DNA of 64,000 nt from Camelus dromedarius (lineage: Eukaryota). A model generated the notes under the pieces. That model ran no database searches, was not told the DNA's origin, and worked only from the letters and a program-made list of their open reading frames with translations. The stretch is from NCBI RefSeq assembly GCF_036321535.1, contig NC_087437.1, positions 29,266,001 to 29,330,000 of the forward strand, in the 5' to 3' direction. Positions 37,844 to 51,309 of the stretch are shown here, in pieces; the first letter of the stretch is position 1, and each line of letters opens with the position of its first letter. The translations under genes were made by a program, and so were the position numbers.

Positions 37844-38885
37844 TGGGATAACTGAGTCCTTCCCAGTTCCTGTTTATTTCATAAAGGGGCCAAGAGCAGA
37901 GACTGGAAGAAAGAGCAGAAATACAGCAGTTACCAGAACTCTTCTAAACACACAAGAGGAGAGAAGGAAGGGAAGAGGACTGGGGTAAAAAGAGAAAGGC
38001 ACTTCTGCTTAGGAGTGAAACTGACTAAAACTTTACACCCTCACTGTGAAGCCCTCTTTATAATGCCAAATATAGGGCACTGTGCTTCTCCTGTATAGGG
38101 AAGCCTTCTCTCCACATTCATTCTTCACTCACACAGAAGCTGAAGGCTCCCCTCCCATAAATGGAGGGGCACTGGGAGACATGGATCCATACAATTTCCA
38201 GAGTTGTGTCTAATAAAGTAGTCCTTCGTTCATTTCTATGAACGTCAGAGAAGGATATCCATTATTTGTTAGAGTTCTTTCAGACAACTGAAACCTTAAA
38301 CAGTGAAGGACTTTTTGGAAGAATTTTAGCCAGCACATGGATCAACAGGAGATCTGTAGAACAGTCAAAACCTAGGTACACTGTGCATCAGGAACAGTCA
38401 GTATAGAATGCTGCCACTAGCTCTACCCTCATTCAACAAGTATCACCATAACCACTTACACTGATGCAAATTATCACACATACAACATGACAGAGCAGGA
38501 GGGAGAATTTTCTCCACCCACCCATCATCTTCTATTCAGGTAAGTGAGCCCATCCTTTCTCCTACTTTATTTCCTTGAGTCAGAAATGTTTTAAGATAGG
38601 AAAGACTAAAACTGAACAATGATCACAATCAAAACCAAAATCCACAAATGAGAAGAACAAAAACAAAGCATACAGAGCAATTGACCTCAGAGGCAGAAAA
38701 TATTGAATAATTTAGAAAATAAGAGAATTTTCAAAATTTTCTAATTAATGCATTTATAGAAATAGACAGAATTTTTATCTATAGTGCAAGTAAGAAAATA
38801 CTACTATGAATAAGTAAAAATATAGAAGAGGATTCCCTCAAGATTAGAGAAGAAATAATACCTGAAATTTTTAAAATGATGGCTG

Positions 38886-39867
38886 CAATCCCAAAAATGG
38901 GCAGAAGACCTAAACGAGCAATTCTCTAATGAAGACATACAGATGGCCAATAGGCACATGAAAAAATGTTCAATATTGCTAATTATCAGAGAAATTAAAA
39001 CCAAAACTACAATGAGGTATCACCTCACACCAGTAGAAAGGTCATCATTCAAAAGTCCACCAAGGATAAATGCTGGAGAGGGTGTGGAGAAAGGGAACCC
39101 TTCTATACTGCTAGTGGGAATGTAGTCTGGTGCAGCCACTATGGAAAACAGTATGGAGTTTCCTAAAAACACTAAATAGACTTACCACATGATCCAGCAA
39201 TCCTACTCTTGGGCATATATCTGGAGCGAACTCTAATTCAAAAAGACACATGCACCCCAATGTTCATAGAAGCACTATTTACAATAGCCAAGACATGGAA
39301 ACAACCTAAATGTCCATTGAAGATGACTGGATAAAGCAGCTCTGGTATATGTATACAATGGAATACTACTCAGCAACAAAAAAGAATAAAATAATGCCAT
39401 TTGCAGCAACATGGACGGCCCTGGAGAACGTTATTCTAAGTGAAGTAAGCCGGAAAGACAAAGAAAAATACATACAATATTATTTATATGTAGAATCTAA
39501 AAAAAAAAACAGACATAAATGAACTTTTGTACAAAACAGAAACAGACTCAGACATAAAAAAATAAGCTTATGGTTACCAACAGGGGGCAAGGGGTGGAAG
39601 GGGTAAGTTGGGAGTTTTAGATTTGCAGATACTAACTACTATATATAAAATGGATATATAACAAATTTCTTCTGTATAGCATGGGGAACTATATTCAATA
39701 TCTTGTAGTAGCCTATGGCGAAAAAGAATATGAAAACGAATATATGTATGTATATGTATGACTGAGGCATTATGCTGTACACCAAAGATTGACACAGCAT
39801 TGTAAACTGACTAAACTTCAACTTAAAAAAAGTAATACAAAAGTATAGCATAGGTCTAAAAAAAAAA
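38886..39867 (+). mobile_element. 5'-truncated young LINE-1 with a second A-tail
   Basis: ORF2 end ([10 protein letters not shown]...) and camelid-type 3' UTR. TSD aaaatgatggctg (38873-38885) / aaagtgatggctg (39865-39877). Confidence 0.93.
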
Positions 39868-40624
39868 GTGATGGCTGAACTAATATGTCGAATGGACCAA
39901 CCAAGTAGTAAACTGAACATGCCTTATGACCAAGTTGATAATTTGGAAAATGAAAGAAATCTCTCAGAATTTATAGTACAAATAAAAAGTCATTGAAAAT
40001 TAAGAAAAAATCAACACTCTGAAATTAGACCCAGCATTAGAAAAGTTCCAGTGAAGTTTCAGAAGGAGAATACAGAGAATAGAGAGAGAAGAAAATATTT
40101 AATAAAACATTACAAAAATCAAAGAACAATTCCCAGTGTTTAATAAACATATAATCTCTGGATTAAAAGAGCTCACCAAGGATGTAGAATTAATGACAAA
40201 TGACTTTGTCAATTCCTGGCGAAATCAGAACAATAGGGGAAAAGAGAAATTTCTAAGAGTATCCAGAAAAAGGAAACAGCTTGCCTACAAAAGAAACAAA
40301 TCAGAATACAGTCAGTTTCCCCATAAGCAACAATGGAAAATATAAAAGACAGTAAAGAAAGATCTTCAAATTTTTGAACCAGATTTTCAAGTAAGTGTAG
40401 ATAAACCACAAACAATATTGAACTTATAAAATTTAACCACAGAGCATATATGAAAAAATTTTTTAGGAAGCACTTTGATTCTTTAGGAATCAAAGAGGAT
40501 GGCCTTAAAGTGTAAGAAATGATAACAGCTAAGTATGACCCAGAGAAGTATACGAAACTAAAATGGAAATGAATAAATCCCATTATTCCATAATACTTAC
40601 AAGATTTTTTTTAAACTTTGCCAC

Positions 40625-41079
40625 TTAAAGAACAAAGTTACAAGCTACTTTCCATCTTGTGTGATCTTTAATAGCTTTTCAAGATAACTGATTCTTTCCT
40701 TAACTGTGTCCAGTTGACTGATGAGTCCATTAAAGTCATTCTTCATTTCTGGTTTTGATTTCTAGCATTTTCATATGGTTATTTTTATAGTTTCTATCTT
40801 TCTGCTGAAATTATCTGATTTTGCATGTTGTCTACCTTTCCCATTAGAGCAATTAACATATTATAGTTCTTTTAAACCCCTCTCCATAAATTCCAACATC
40901 TGGGTAATACCTGAGTCTGCCTTTCATGTCTGTTTTTCCTCTTCAAAGTAGTCCCTCCCTCTTCATATGCCTTGTGATTTTTTTTTTTTTTTTGGAGAAC
41001 CAAACACCTTGTATAGGATAGTAGATAGGTAAGCAGCTTTTATACCTGGAAATGAGCACACCTTTCCTTCTGTTAGGGA
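40625..41079 (-). mobile_element. L1 ORF1-region fragment, antisense
   Basis: tttctatctttctgctgaaattatc...aattccaacatctgggtaatacctgagtctg. Confidence 0.65.
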
Positions 41080-41291
41080 CAGTGATTTTCATTGGGATGA
41101 TTTTTTTGTCTCCCAGGGGACATCTGACATTGTCTGGAGACATTTTTGATGGTCACAATTGAAGGGGTGTGATGCTATTGGCATCTGGGGGTTTGAGATC
41201 AGAAGTGCTGCTAAGTATCTCATAATGGATAGGACAACCCCCAAAGAATTACCCAGCTCAAGATGTGACAGAACTGGGGTTAAGAAACACT
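41080..41291 (-). mobile_element. MER20-like hAT-Charlie MITE
   Basis: ccaggggacatctgacattgtctggagacatttttgatggtcacaa...gctattggcatct...ggttaagaaacact. Confidence 0.85.
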
Positions 41292-41872
41292 TAGAGTAAA
41301 AATTATCATCACCCAGACAGAAAACACTGATTTGGAGAATCAGCACCCAGAACAGACAGTGAAAAAGTCTGGGGATTCTGTCATCCTGGATCCTGGGTCC
41401 AAAACTGATCTACCGCAAATCCAGGTATCTTGATCAATGATTTGGTTTGGATAGATTTATCGTGGACTATTTTCTAAATAAAAATCCATTTGAAATAACC
41501 ACAAGTGCATTTGTCAGAGACGGTGACAGAGAGAAGGGCTATGGATATTGGTTAAACACACTTACATTTTAACAGAGGCCTATGATCATGAATACAATTA
41601 CTCTATAGAGTTCCTTTATGTGTGGGCCTTCTTGTGAAGTTTATATTTGCCATTTAATTTGACTGTTTCTTTCAGACTCAGATTAACTCCTTTAAAGAGT
41701 TTCCTCAGCCATGCCAGAAATACCTGGCCCTCAAGAAAAAGATTCTACACAGCTACCTTTTGAAAATTTAGATTCTGAGCTGCCAGACTCACTCACTGTA
41801 AAGCAATTCATTTTTCTTGGCCCACTGATAAGAGATTTGAAGGATCAGCTTCCATTTATATTTCTTCCTTAC

Positions 41873-41963
41873 CTCTTCAGTAGCATCCCTGCTCTAGGTG
41901 TCCATGTGTCCTGGCTCATGGCCCATGGCCCCCCAAGGAGCCAGCATTTCCATGAATCATCAA
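41873..41963 (-). other. Candidate 91-nt exon (strong splice sites, unassigned)
   Basis: tttttttccccccccag-type acceptor at 41964-41979 and GAG|gtaagg donor. One open frame (DDSWKCWLLGGPWAMSQDTWTPRAGMLLK), not recognised. Confidence 0.25.
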
Positions 41964-42109
41964 CTGGGGGGGAAAAAAACTTGTGTAATTTGCTAGATGC
42001 CCTTCTTCCTTAAGTAATTCTCATGAGCAGCATCCCTATTATAAGGAATCTGGCCTTCTTTGTGGACCCAGTTTCCCTAATTGTGATTATTCCACGAGGG
42101 AAAGGAGGG

Positions 42110-42310
42110 AAATTAACATTTAATGAGCATCTGCTCTCTGTCTGGCTCTATGTAAGGTGCCAGACAGAGGACATCCCACTCAGTCCTGGCCATAACTCTA
42201 GAAGGTAGAAAATGATACTCCCACCTTGTACATTTATGGAACCGAAGTCCTAAGGGACATAATGCCTTGTCCAAATTTACTCAGCCATGAGCAGGTGATC
42301 TGGGAGGTAA
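42110..42310 (-). mobile_element. MIR SINE
   Basis: taacatttaatgagcatctgctctctgtctgg...ggaaccgaagtcctaagg...ccttgtccaaatttactcagc. Confidence 0.7.
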
Positions 42311-43639
42311 ACACACAGTATATGCTCTTTAAAGGAGTTGGGGTTTTTTTTGTTGTTGTTGTGGGAGTAAGAAGATGAGAGAAACCCTTATTCTAGTTTT
42401 AGATTTGCGAAAAAGTGACCTTTGAGGAAGAAATACATGGAAATTCAGGGATCTAGTGAGCAGGGCTTTATAAAATAGAGGGTTTTTTGTTTGTTTGCCT
42501 AGATATGGAGCATAAGGACCATGTCTATGTTACTATGGCCCAGGGTATACACATTTAATAGACTCAGAAGCCTTTTTAGGTGCTATGGATCCATACAGGA
42601 CATGCCGTTTCATGGCGTCACAGGTGTTTCGGTTGGATTGGTCTGTAGCTATCATCTAGCTCAGCTTTCTCATTTTTCAGATGAAGAGACTGAAATCCAG
42701 ACAGAAAAGGGAAGAGTTGTTGAAGATTTCATATGTGTCAGGTAAAATTAGCCACTTTATAGGCAGAGATACTTAGAGATAAATGTAAGATTAAAATTCA
42801 AGTAGGTATCTAGATTCTCAATTTTGGTCTTCATCCTAATACATCACTTAACAAAAATTATATGTTAATAGTAATACCGCCTTCTACTTGCATACAGTAT
42901 AATACAAGACTATGTTCCAGACATAGGGAGATTAAAGAAATAAAGACCAAGTTTAGTCTGAGGTGTACCTTTGTATAAGCTGGGACTTGGGAGAGACGGT
43001 TTAACCAACCAAGAGCTGATGTCCAGCTGCCACAGTTAAAAATCAAAGCCCATATGGCTAGAGCACATTGCTAGGGAATGAGGGCGCTGGTGTTGGGGGC
43101 AGGCTAGGCTGCTCGAGGGTTATCACTCGATGGACCATTGTCTGGCTTGCACCACCGCCTATGAGGAAGTGTCTCATCCAGGCTGGAATAGATGTCCCTT
43201 CTCTTCCTAAGACTGCTGCATGGCTTAACATCATTGCCCACCAAGAGTAGTCTGGTATTAGCAGGAAAAATTATCCCAAGATCTTCAGAGAGCTATATCA
43301 GCAAAAAGTAGCTTTTGCCCAGACCGAAACAGTCTCTCTCAGATATTCCTCACAAGCTCTCAGCATTTACAGTCTAAATGTCCCCTTGCCATAGGTGGTT
43401 CTCCGCGTGTTCCTATCAGTAAGCTCCCAGCAGGGCCCCTCAGCAGCTGAGCTACTAAGTGCTTATCTAGGACCACAGATGAGATGATGACATCCCAGCA
43501 CAACTTACTTCATTCTTGTATCACAACTTTACTTCTAAAAGCCTTTGTTTTTGTCATCTTTGTCATAAACAAGCAGACTAAAACAACTTCACTTAAGTCA
43601 TAAACAAGTGGATTTGAAATCCTGTTAAGCCAATACACA

Positions 43640-43850
43640 ACACATACATTTTCAGATTGATTTCACATATTCTGTCTCATTTGGAACTTCACAGTCACCA
43701 TTGATATTGGACAAGGCAAGTGTTTTCATGCTTGTTTACTGATGGGAAATACTCAATATCACTGCAGTTGACTGTCTTGCTAAAGGTAGTACAACTAGTA
43801 AGTAGCAAGAGCAAGAACACAACGTAGGTGTTTGGGATCCTAATTCAGTA
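43640..43850 (-). mobile_element. MIR SINE
   Basis: ttcacatattctgtctcatttgg...tttactgatgggaaa...cttgctaaaggtagtacaactagtaagtagc. Confidence 0.65.
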
Positions 43851-43889
43851 AATTCCCAAGACAACAGGCTCAGCTTGATTCTACTCAGG

Positions 43890-44070
43890 GACAGCAGTGC
43901 AGAAGGTGGAAAAGCAGCACCAATTGGAGACCTGGGCTCCAGGCTTCCAGGCCCAGTTGTGCCATTAATTATCTATGTAGCAAATATTCTCTCTTCTTTA
44001 ATGTTTCCTTATCTGCAAAATGTGGGAATTGGATTAGATGGTATCTAAAATCTATTCTAATTTGAATATT
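43890..44070 (+). mobile_element. MIR/MIR3 SINE
   Basis: ggagacctgggctccagg...gtttccttatctgcaaaatgtgggaattggattagatg. Confidence 0.65.
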
Positions 44071-44364
44071 AGTCCTACTAATATTCTGCCATGTGACTAT
44101 AAGAATATATTAGAAATCAAATAAAGTAAATGCTTCCTTATGTTTACCAAATGTTTATGCACTTTAAATCAGTCTACATTAAAAAAAAAAGGTTCCTGTG
44201 TACACATTTAACAAGGGAAGAGGACACTAATACACTTTCAGTTCTGTTTAATGTTTTGGTTTCTTATCTTGGATTACTTATGGTTATTCTTATAGAAGGC
44301 TGTAAGTATAAATATAAACTGTAGTAAGAATAGAGTTGGCTTGTATAACTCACCACCAAAGAAG

Positions 44365-44869
44365 CCCAACCCAATTTACAGAATGGGCAGAGGATTTGAA
44401 TAAATATTTCTCTAAAGATAATAAATAAATGGCCAGTAAGCATATGAAAAGATCAACATCATGAATCACTAGGGAAATGCAAATCATAACTACAATGAGG
44501 TATCACCTCACATCCACTAGGATGGCTATTATTAAAAAACAAACAAACAAACTGAAAATAAAAAGTGTCAGTGAGGATGTGGAGAAATAGAAACCCTTGT
44601 GCATTAGTAGGAATGTAAAATGATACAGCTGCTATATAAAACAGTATGGTGGTTCTTGAAAAAATGAAAAATACAATCACTATACAATATAGCAATTCCA
44701 CTTTTGAATATATACACAAAATAATAGAAAGCAAAGTATACCCATGTTCACAGTAGTACTTTTTACAGTAGCCAAAAGATGGAAGCATCCCAAATCAACT
44801 GATAAATGGTTAAACAGTGTATATGTATATAATACAATGGGATACTATTCAGTCTTAAAAAGGAAGGGA
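44365..44869 (+). mobile_element. Older LINE-1 (L1MB-like) 3' part, left piece
   Basis: tgggcagaggatttgaata...ctacaatgaggtatcacctcaca...tactattcagtcttaaaaaggaag. Confidence 0.85.
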
Positions 44870-45948
44870 CAAAGAACAAAGCTGGAGGTATAATCCCACC
44901 AGACTTCAGACATACTACAAAGCTACCATAATCAAAACAGCATGGTATTGGCACAAAAATAGACACATAGATCAATGGAAGGAACAGAGAGCCCAGAAAT
45001 AAACCTATGCACTTATGATCAATTAATCTATGAAAAGGAGATGAGAATATACAATAGAGAAAAGACAGTCTCTTCAACAAGTGGCTGGGACACTGGACAG
45101 CTATATGTAAATCAAAGAAATTGAACACTATCTTACATCTTTTATAAAAATAAACTCAAAAATGATTTAAAGACCTAAATATAAAACACAACACCATAAA
45201 ACTCCTAGAAGGGAACATAGACAAAATATCCTCTACCATAAATCATGGCAATATTTTCTTAGATCAGTCTTCCAAGGCAAAAAAAAAAAAAAAAAAGCAA
45301 AAATAAACAAATGGACCTAATTCAACTTAAAAGTTTTTGCACAGCAAAGAAAACCATGAACAAAATGAAAAGATAACCTATGGACTGGGAGAAAATATTT
45401 GCAAATGGTGGAAATGACAAAGAGTTAATAACTAAAATATACAATCAGCTCATACAACTCAATATTGAAAAAAAAAACCCATTCAAAAAATTGGCAGAAG
45501 ACCTAAACAGACATTTTTCCAAAGAAGATATACAGATGGCCAAACAAGCACATAAAAAGATGCTCAACATCGCTAATTATTGGAGAAATGCAAGTCAAAA
45601 TCACAATGAGGTACTACCTCACACCAGTCAGGATGGCCATCATCAAAAGGTCTACAAATAATAAATGCTAGAGAGGGTGTGGAGGAAAGGGGACCCTCCT
45701 ACACTGTTGGTGAGAATATAAACTGATGCAGTTATTATGGAAACCAGCAATGGAAGTTTCTTAAAAAACAAAAATAAAGCCATCATATGTTCCAGCAATC
45801 CCACTCCTGGGTATATATCTGGAAAAGACAAAAACTAATTCTAAAGGATACATGCACCCCAATGTTCACAGCAGCATTATCTACAATAGCCAAGACATGG
45901 AAACAACTCCAAGTGCCCATCATCAGACAACTGGCTTAAGAAGATGTG

Positions 45949-45988
<40 letters not shown>

Positions 45989-46455
45989 ATATTACTCAGC
46001 CATAAAAAAAGAATGAAATATTACCATTTGCAGCAACATAAATGGACCTAGAGAATACTATACTTAGTGAAGTAAGTCATACAGAGGAAGACAAATATTA
46101 TATGATATCATTTTATGTGGAATCTAAAAAATAATACAAACGAATCTATATATAAAGCAGAAATAGACTCACAAACATAGAAAACAAACTTACGGTTACC
46201 ACAGAGAACAGAGGGGAGGAAAGGGGAAAATAGGAATATGGGATTAATAGATACAAACTACTATACATAAAATAGATAAGCAACAAGGATTTACTGCATA
46301 GCACAGGGAATTATATTCAGTATCTTGTAATAAGCTATAATGGAAAAAACCCTAAAATATTTATATGTGCATATATATATATATAACTGAATCACTTTGC
46401 TGTACACTTGAAACTACCACAATATTATAAATTAACTATAATTCAATTGAAAAAA
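44870..46455 (+). mobile_element. Younger 5'-truncated LINE-1 nested in the L1MB-like element
   Basis: Starts aagaacaaagctggaggtataatc (ORF2); ORF 45380-45661 is ORF2-like; 3' UTR and A-tail; short aaggga duplication at the flanks. Confidence 0.9.
45950..45986 (+). repeat. (CA)n microsatellite inside L1
   Basis: Directly visible. Confidence 0.95.
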
Positions 46456-46815
46456 AGGGAACTTTGATACATGTTGCAACATGGATGAACACCAAGGATA
46501 TTAAGCTAAGTAAAATAAACCAGTCACACACACACATGCACAAATACTGTATGATTCCACTTACACAACGTATTTAGAGTAGTCAGATTCATAGAAATGA
46601 AAGTTAAATGGTGGTTTCCAAGAGTGGAGGGCAGGGTGGGGAGCGATCAATGAGGACTTGTGTTTTAACAGGTATAAAGTTTTAGTTTTGCAAGATGAAG
46701 AACTTTTGGAGATTGGTCGCACAACAATGTGAATATCCTTAAAACTACTGAACTATATACTCAAATAGATAAGATGGTAAATTTTACATGTTTTTCAGCA
46801 CAATTATATAAAAAA
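46456..46815 (+). mobile_element. Older LINE-1 (L1MB-like) 3' UTR, right piece
   Basis: tgatacatgttgcaacatggatgaac...tagttttgcaagatgaa...aagatggtaaattttacatg. Confidence 0.85.
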
Positions 46816-47211
46816 TATGGTTATACGATCTTTTTCAAACATCTATATGTAATACAGATATAAAATATTATCACATAAATCTATTAATATATAAAACATA
46901 TAAATATACACTTAAAATACAGTCAGCTTTCTGTGATGACAAAAGCATGATTCTCTTCAATGGCAAGGAAATGTACTCTATATCCATATGGGTCCTCTAC
47001 TTTCTGAGACTGAGCACAACACTGAAATGCTTCCATCCCTCAAATTATTCATTGCAATTTAACTAATGCCTTTCTGTACTCTCATTTTTAAAAAGATGTT
47101 TTTTAGCTTTCACTTTAATGCTTATTCAAAGCTTCAGTTCTCATCAGTATTAACAAGTGAATTGAAGGTCATCAATCTGTAGAAAATATTGACATAGTTT
47201 AAAAAAAAAAA

Positions 47212-47435
47212 CAAGGCTTTGAAATCAGACAGACTAGATGAAATCTCATTTCTGCTACTCTCTAGCTTTGCAAATTTGGGTAAGCCATTTAATCTAAGAC
47301 TCAGCTTCCTCATCTGTACAATGAAGGTAAGGACCTGACAGGGTTATTGCTAAGATTACATGAAATGGGGTCTGCAAAATGCTTTTTTAGCACAGTTCTT
47401 GGAACATAGTATGTATTTAATAAGTGATTGCAATT
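47212..47435 (+). mobile_element. MIR SINE
   Basis: ggctttgaaatcagacagac...ctcagcttcctcatctgtacaatg...tagcacagttcttggaacatagt. Confidence 0.85.
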
Positions 47436-50099
47436 ATTCATGTTAGACTTAAAAAAATGCCAATGCTGAAAATATGATTTTAAATTCTTTTTAAGACTTC
47501 AGATCGGGGTAAAAGTCTCTGCCATCTAAAGATGTTCTCTTCTAGATAGGCTTGTAGCCCCGAAGGGATGAAATGATAGAATCATCTAGATGAGTAATTT
47601 TGACTGGCTTTGTCCCCAGGGAAATAATGATATCTAGTTCTAAGATCCATTGAGCAGACACTCAATAAAAGAAGTATTTGAATCTTAGACAATGTTAATA
47701 ATAGCTGATGAGAATCAGATTATAAAATGTAGCTTTTAATAGAGCAGTTTGGGTTTTCAGCTTCATTTCACAAAAATTCAGGCTCCAAACTCTGATGATC
47801 CCTTTGCGGATCTTCAGTTTATTGGAATCCTTAATCTTTTACCATTTATTGACTAGCAAGCTCTGTGCTAGGTGCTTGGGTTATAAAATAAACAATACAA
47901 AACAGTATAAAATTCATGAAACATACTGAAAGCTGTGGGATCAAAGAAGTCAGATATTATCTAGGTTGGTAATTGGGTATTTAAAATCTTGATTGCCTAA
48001 TGTGGACAATATGTGCCTACTATCACAGAAATGTACACTTTAAAATGGTTAAGATGGTATACTTTATGTTATGCATGTTTTATGAAAATTGATTATAATG
48101 TTTTAAAAAGAAAAGGAATAGGTCAAATGCAGGCCCCTTTACTTACATAAATATAAATATGGAAGAATACGTAAATAATTTTGATCATTCCAACACAGAA
48201 ATCTAGAGTTTTTAAAAAAATTCTTTATCCCCAGATAACTTGTATAAGAGTATTTTAAAGTTCACAAATAAAATTAGAAACCTGAGGCTCTGAAAATTAA
48301 AAAAATAAACTTTAAGAATAGATCAGGAAACATAATAATGAAAATTTGGAAAGAGGAGTTTTGAAGCACAGAGGCTACTTAAAAACTATCTGGTAAGAGA
48401 AAAAAAAAACAGAATTGTTATTGTAACAAAAGGCATCATTCCATGAGAAATAGGCTTCTTCACTGAAATATCTATATACCAAAGTGAGGGGTGACTTCTT
48501 TTTTTTAATAGTAAGATTAGTTATTTATCAGTTTTGATTAACGCAGGGCAAGTTTTTCCAGGAGTAAAGACAGAATGAATGACCCTCTATAGTTTTTTCT
48601 AATCCTGTGTTTTATAACTTTAAAAAAGGCTTTGCTGACACTTGGCCAATAGTAAGTCTCTAAATTCATGAATCTTTTAAATATAGGTAAGTTTTTAGGC
48701 AATAACATAGACGTGGTTGAAAGCCTTAGGCCCTATGTACTCAAGAGAAAATTGTGTCCCATGAATTTTTAATAAACCAAACAGTGCTATTTCCATGAAG
48801 AAATAAGGTATGCTAAATAAGAATGACAGGAATTCCAAGGGGAAGAGCTGAAAAAAGACAGTGCTTGGCACTTTCATCTTTCAATGGAGCTGGGGAGAAA
48901 ATGGTAGGAGTTTATAATAACAGTACCAGATTTTATTACATCAAAACTGAGGAACCTTCTGATTTGCATTTTCTGCATAAATTTACATCATAATTTCAAA
49001 GTCCGACTTGCAACTATTTAAAAAGCAGTTTAATTAATACAAAATTCTTGCTGTTCTACCTGATTCCAATATTCAGGATACGGCACACGAAATAAAGATG
49101 ATATTTTAAAAACCAATTTTATCACATAGCAGATACTTTAGATTGAGAAGATTTCAAATGGAGAGGTAAACACAGAATCAGGGACTTCTACCAAGACAGA
49201 GCGAGAAGATAAGAAAGAAGGTAAGGGTTATTTCCTCTTCTCTCTACTCTGCACCTTCACCTCTCCCCTTTCTCCTCCTCCTCCAACACCCATTCCCTCC
49301 TTCTGGTGTTACTCCTACCTATATTATCTTATTCTTTCAAATCCATCCACGTGGCCACTACCATTATTTTAAATAGTAAAAAGCAAAGCCAAAAGTGTAT
49401 TCTGTTCTCCATTTAAATGTATTTTAAAATATGTTGGGGAGAGAGAGAGAGAGGCAAAACTCCCCTGAGAAATCCAAGGTCTACCTGAGACCTGAAGCAG
49501 CTTGGAGAAGGGGAAGGGGACAGGTAAAGCTACAGGGAGGGGTTCAATACATGGATGCATATATTATTCACGAGCACCTTAAATTCTGGAAACTTGAGGG
49601 TGGAGTGGTTGTAGCTAGAGTTTACCTTAATTAAGACAAACTAACAAAACAAATTATGACATCAGTTAGCCTTGGAAAAAATTGGGGTTAGGGTCTTAGA
49701 GGAGGTTCCTGTAGGAAGGAAGACCACCCAGAAGAGCATCACTGGCAGGTTCTCACAGGGCAAAACGTTCCAAGGGAGGCACACTTATCAAAAGGACTGA
49801 AGAAGAGTAGTGATTTCTTCCACAGAGAGCTATTGATAGAACTTGAGGTACCGGAGATCCTTTCTGAAGGCTAGAGTGTGTCTCAAAATACTGAACTATT
49901 ACTGGAGCAAAAGTAAGTATAGTCATTCATTCTCAAGAACAGATCATAATGAGTACACTTCAGGATTAAGAAATGAACTAAGAGTATAATTAGGTCATGA
50001 TATATTACATTACCAGTTTCTTGAGAGAAGGTTCACAGATTTTACAGAGCTGTTTTAATTATTTAAGTTATTCTTTTACTTTTCAGACAATCCAGATTT

Positions 50100-50330
50100 A
50101 TTTTATTTTTTTAGCTTTATTGAAGTATAATTAACAGATAAATTTTTAAAATGTTTAAAGTGTACATTGTGATGAACTGATATGTGTGTACATTTTGAAA
50201 GGATTCCTCCCATCTGGGTAATTAACACCTCTAGCACTTCACATATTGATCTTTTTATAATTTTTGGTGAGAACAAAAGTAAGTTAAGTTCTACTCTCTT
50301 AGCAAATTTCAATTTACAATACAGTGTTAA
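50100..50330 (-). mobile_element. LINE-1 3' end (L1MA-like), antisense
   Basis: Poly(T) followed by agctttattgaagtataattaaca...ttctactctcttagcaaatttcaatttacaatacagtg. Confidence 0.85.
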
Positions 50331-50428
50331 TTTTTTAAATTCTACCAGAGAGATGAAAATATTAATCATTAATACTTGGCTATTATTTTCATAAAAAAAT
50401 ATTTTTACTTGGGGAAAAAATGGCTAGC

Positions 50429-50542
50429 TAAGAGTAATCAACCATTCTGATTTGTCCAGGACTAAGAAGTTTCTCAGAATGCAAAATTTTCAGTTCTAAA
50501 ATCAGGGCAGTCTTGGGCAAAACAGAACAGTTGTTCACCCTA
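50429..50542. mobile_element. MER81-like hAT-Blackjack MITE
   Basis: ~114 bp with imperfect TIRs taagagtaatcaacc / gttgttcacccta. Confidence 0.75.
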
Positions 50543-50834
50543 ATCTAAGGAAAGAAAACCTAAGTGTTTGATATCCTGATTCTTCATTTGGCATTAATTG
50601 AGTACTTATAAATTTGAGTGTTTTCTGAGATACATGAATATGTAAATTGGCTTTCACAAATGAAATAGAAAGGTGGATAATACTGAAGCATCTATAGATA
50701 TCCTATTCCCCACCTAAGGACATTCAAAATCAGATTTTTTAAAAAGGCTTTTACAGTCTGGTGACAATAAGGAGACACTAGAGTGTAAGATACCACCTTT
50801 ACTGCATGAAAAACACTTAAACTTCAGTCAAGAA

Positions 50835-51005
50835 TTGACCTCCAGAAGTCAGGAGACTTATATTCTAATCTAAATTTGTCTATTAATTAGTTACATGGCT
50901 TTACTTAGATCATTTAATTCCCCTGGGTCTCAGTTTCTGCAACTCTAAAATGAAATGGTTGAGATAGAGGATACTCAAGTCTTTTTAAGTATATGCTTCT
51001 ACAGA
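50835..51005 (+). mobile_element. MIR/MIR3 SINE
   Basis: agaagtcaggagact...ctgggtctcagtttctgcaactctaaaatgaaatggttg. Confidence 0.65.
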
Positions 51006-51309
51006 TCCAGACACCTTGAATAGAGTTTTAAAAGATAAGGCTTGCCAATAAAAATTTCTCATGAAGAATAAGCAATATATATTCTTAGGCCATACTAATG
51101 GCAGAAGATATTCTTGGGCCACTGAGAAAACCCAGTGTTGTAAAGAAGAATGAGAACTCATCCTCAGAAATAAGAAGTGCTTTGCATTTCAGTGGTGTGC
51201 TAGAGTTAGCCCATTCTTTGCATCTCTTCCAAACTTCATGTTCAATAATCAATGTTTGACAATGTAAAAGACTATTGCTTCTTCTTAATCCTTTAGGATA
51301 CATATGACT

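Larger units (their letters stand above)
37520..40600 (+). mobile_element. Ancient L1 5'/ORF1-region remnant, interrupted by a young L1
   Basis: A-rich ORF1-like motifs (aagaaatctctcagaat, gttccagtgaagtttcagaaggagaa, aaatcagaatacagtcagtttc). Confidence 0.45.

Noticed and set aside
49142..49220. Plus-strand exon-like unit (IEKISNGEVNTESGTSTKTEREDKKE, AAG|gtaagg)
   Set aside because: The donor is good but there is no pyrimidine tract at the acceptor, and the peptide is not recognised.
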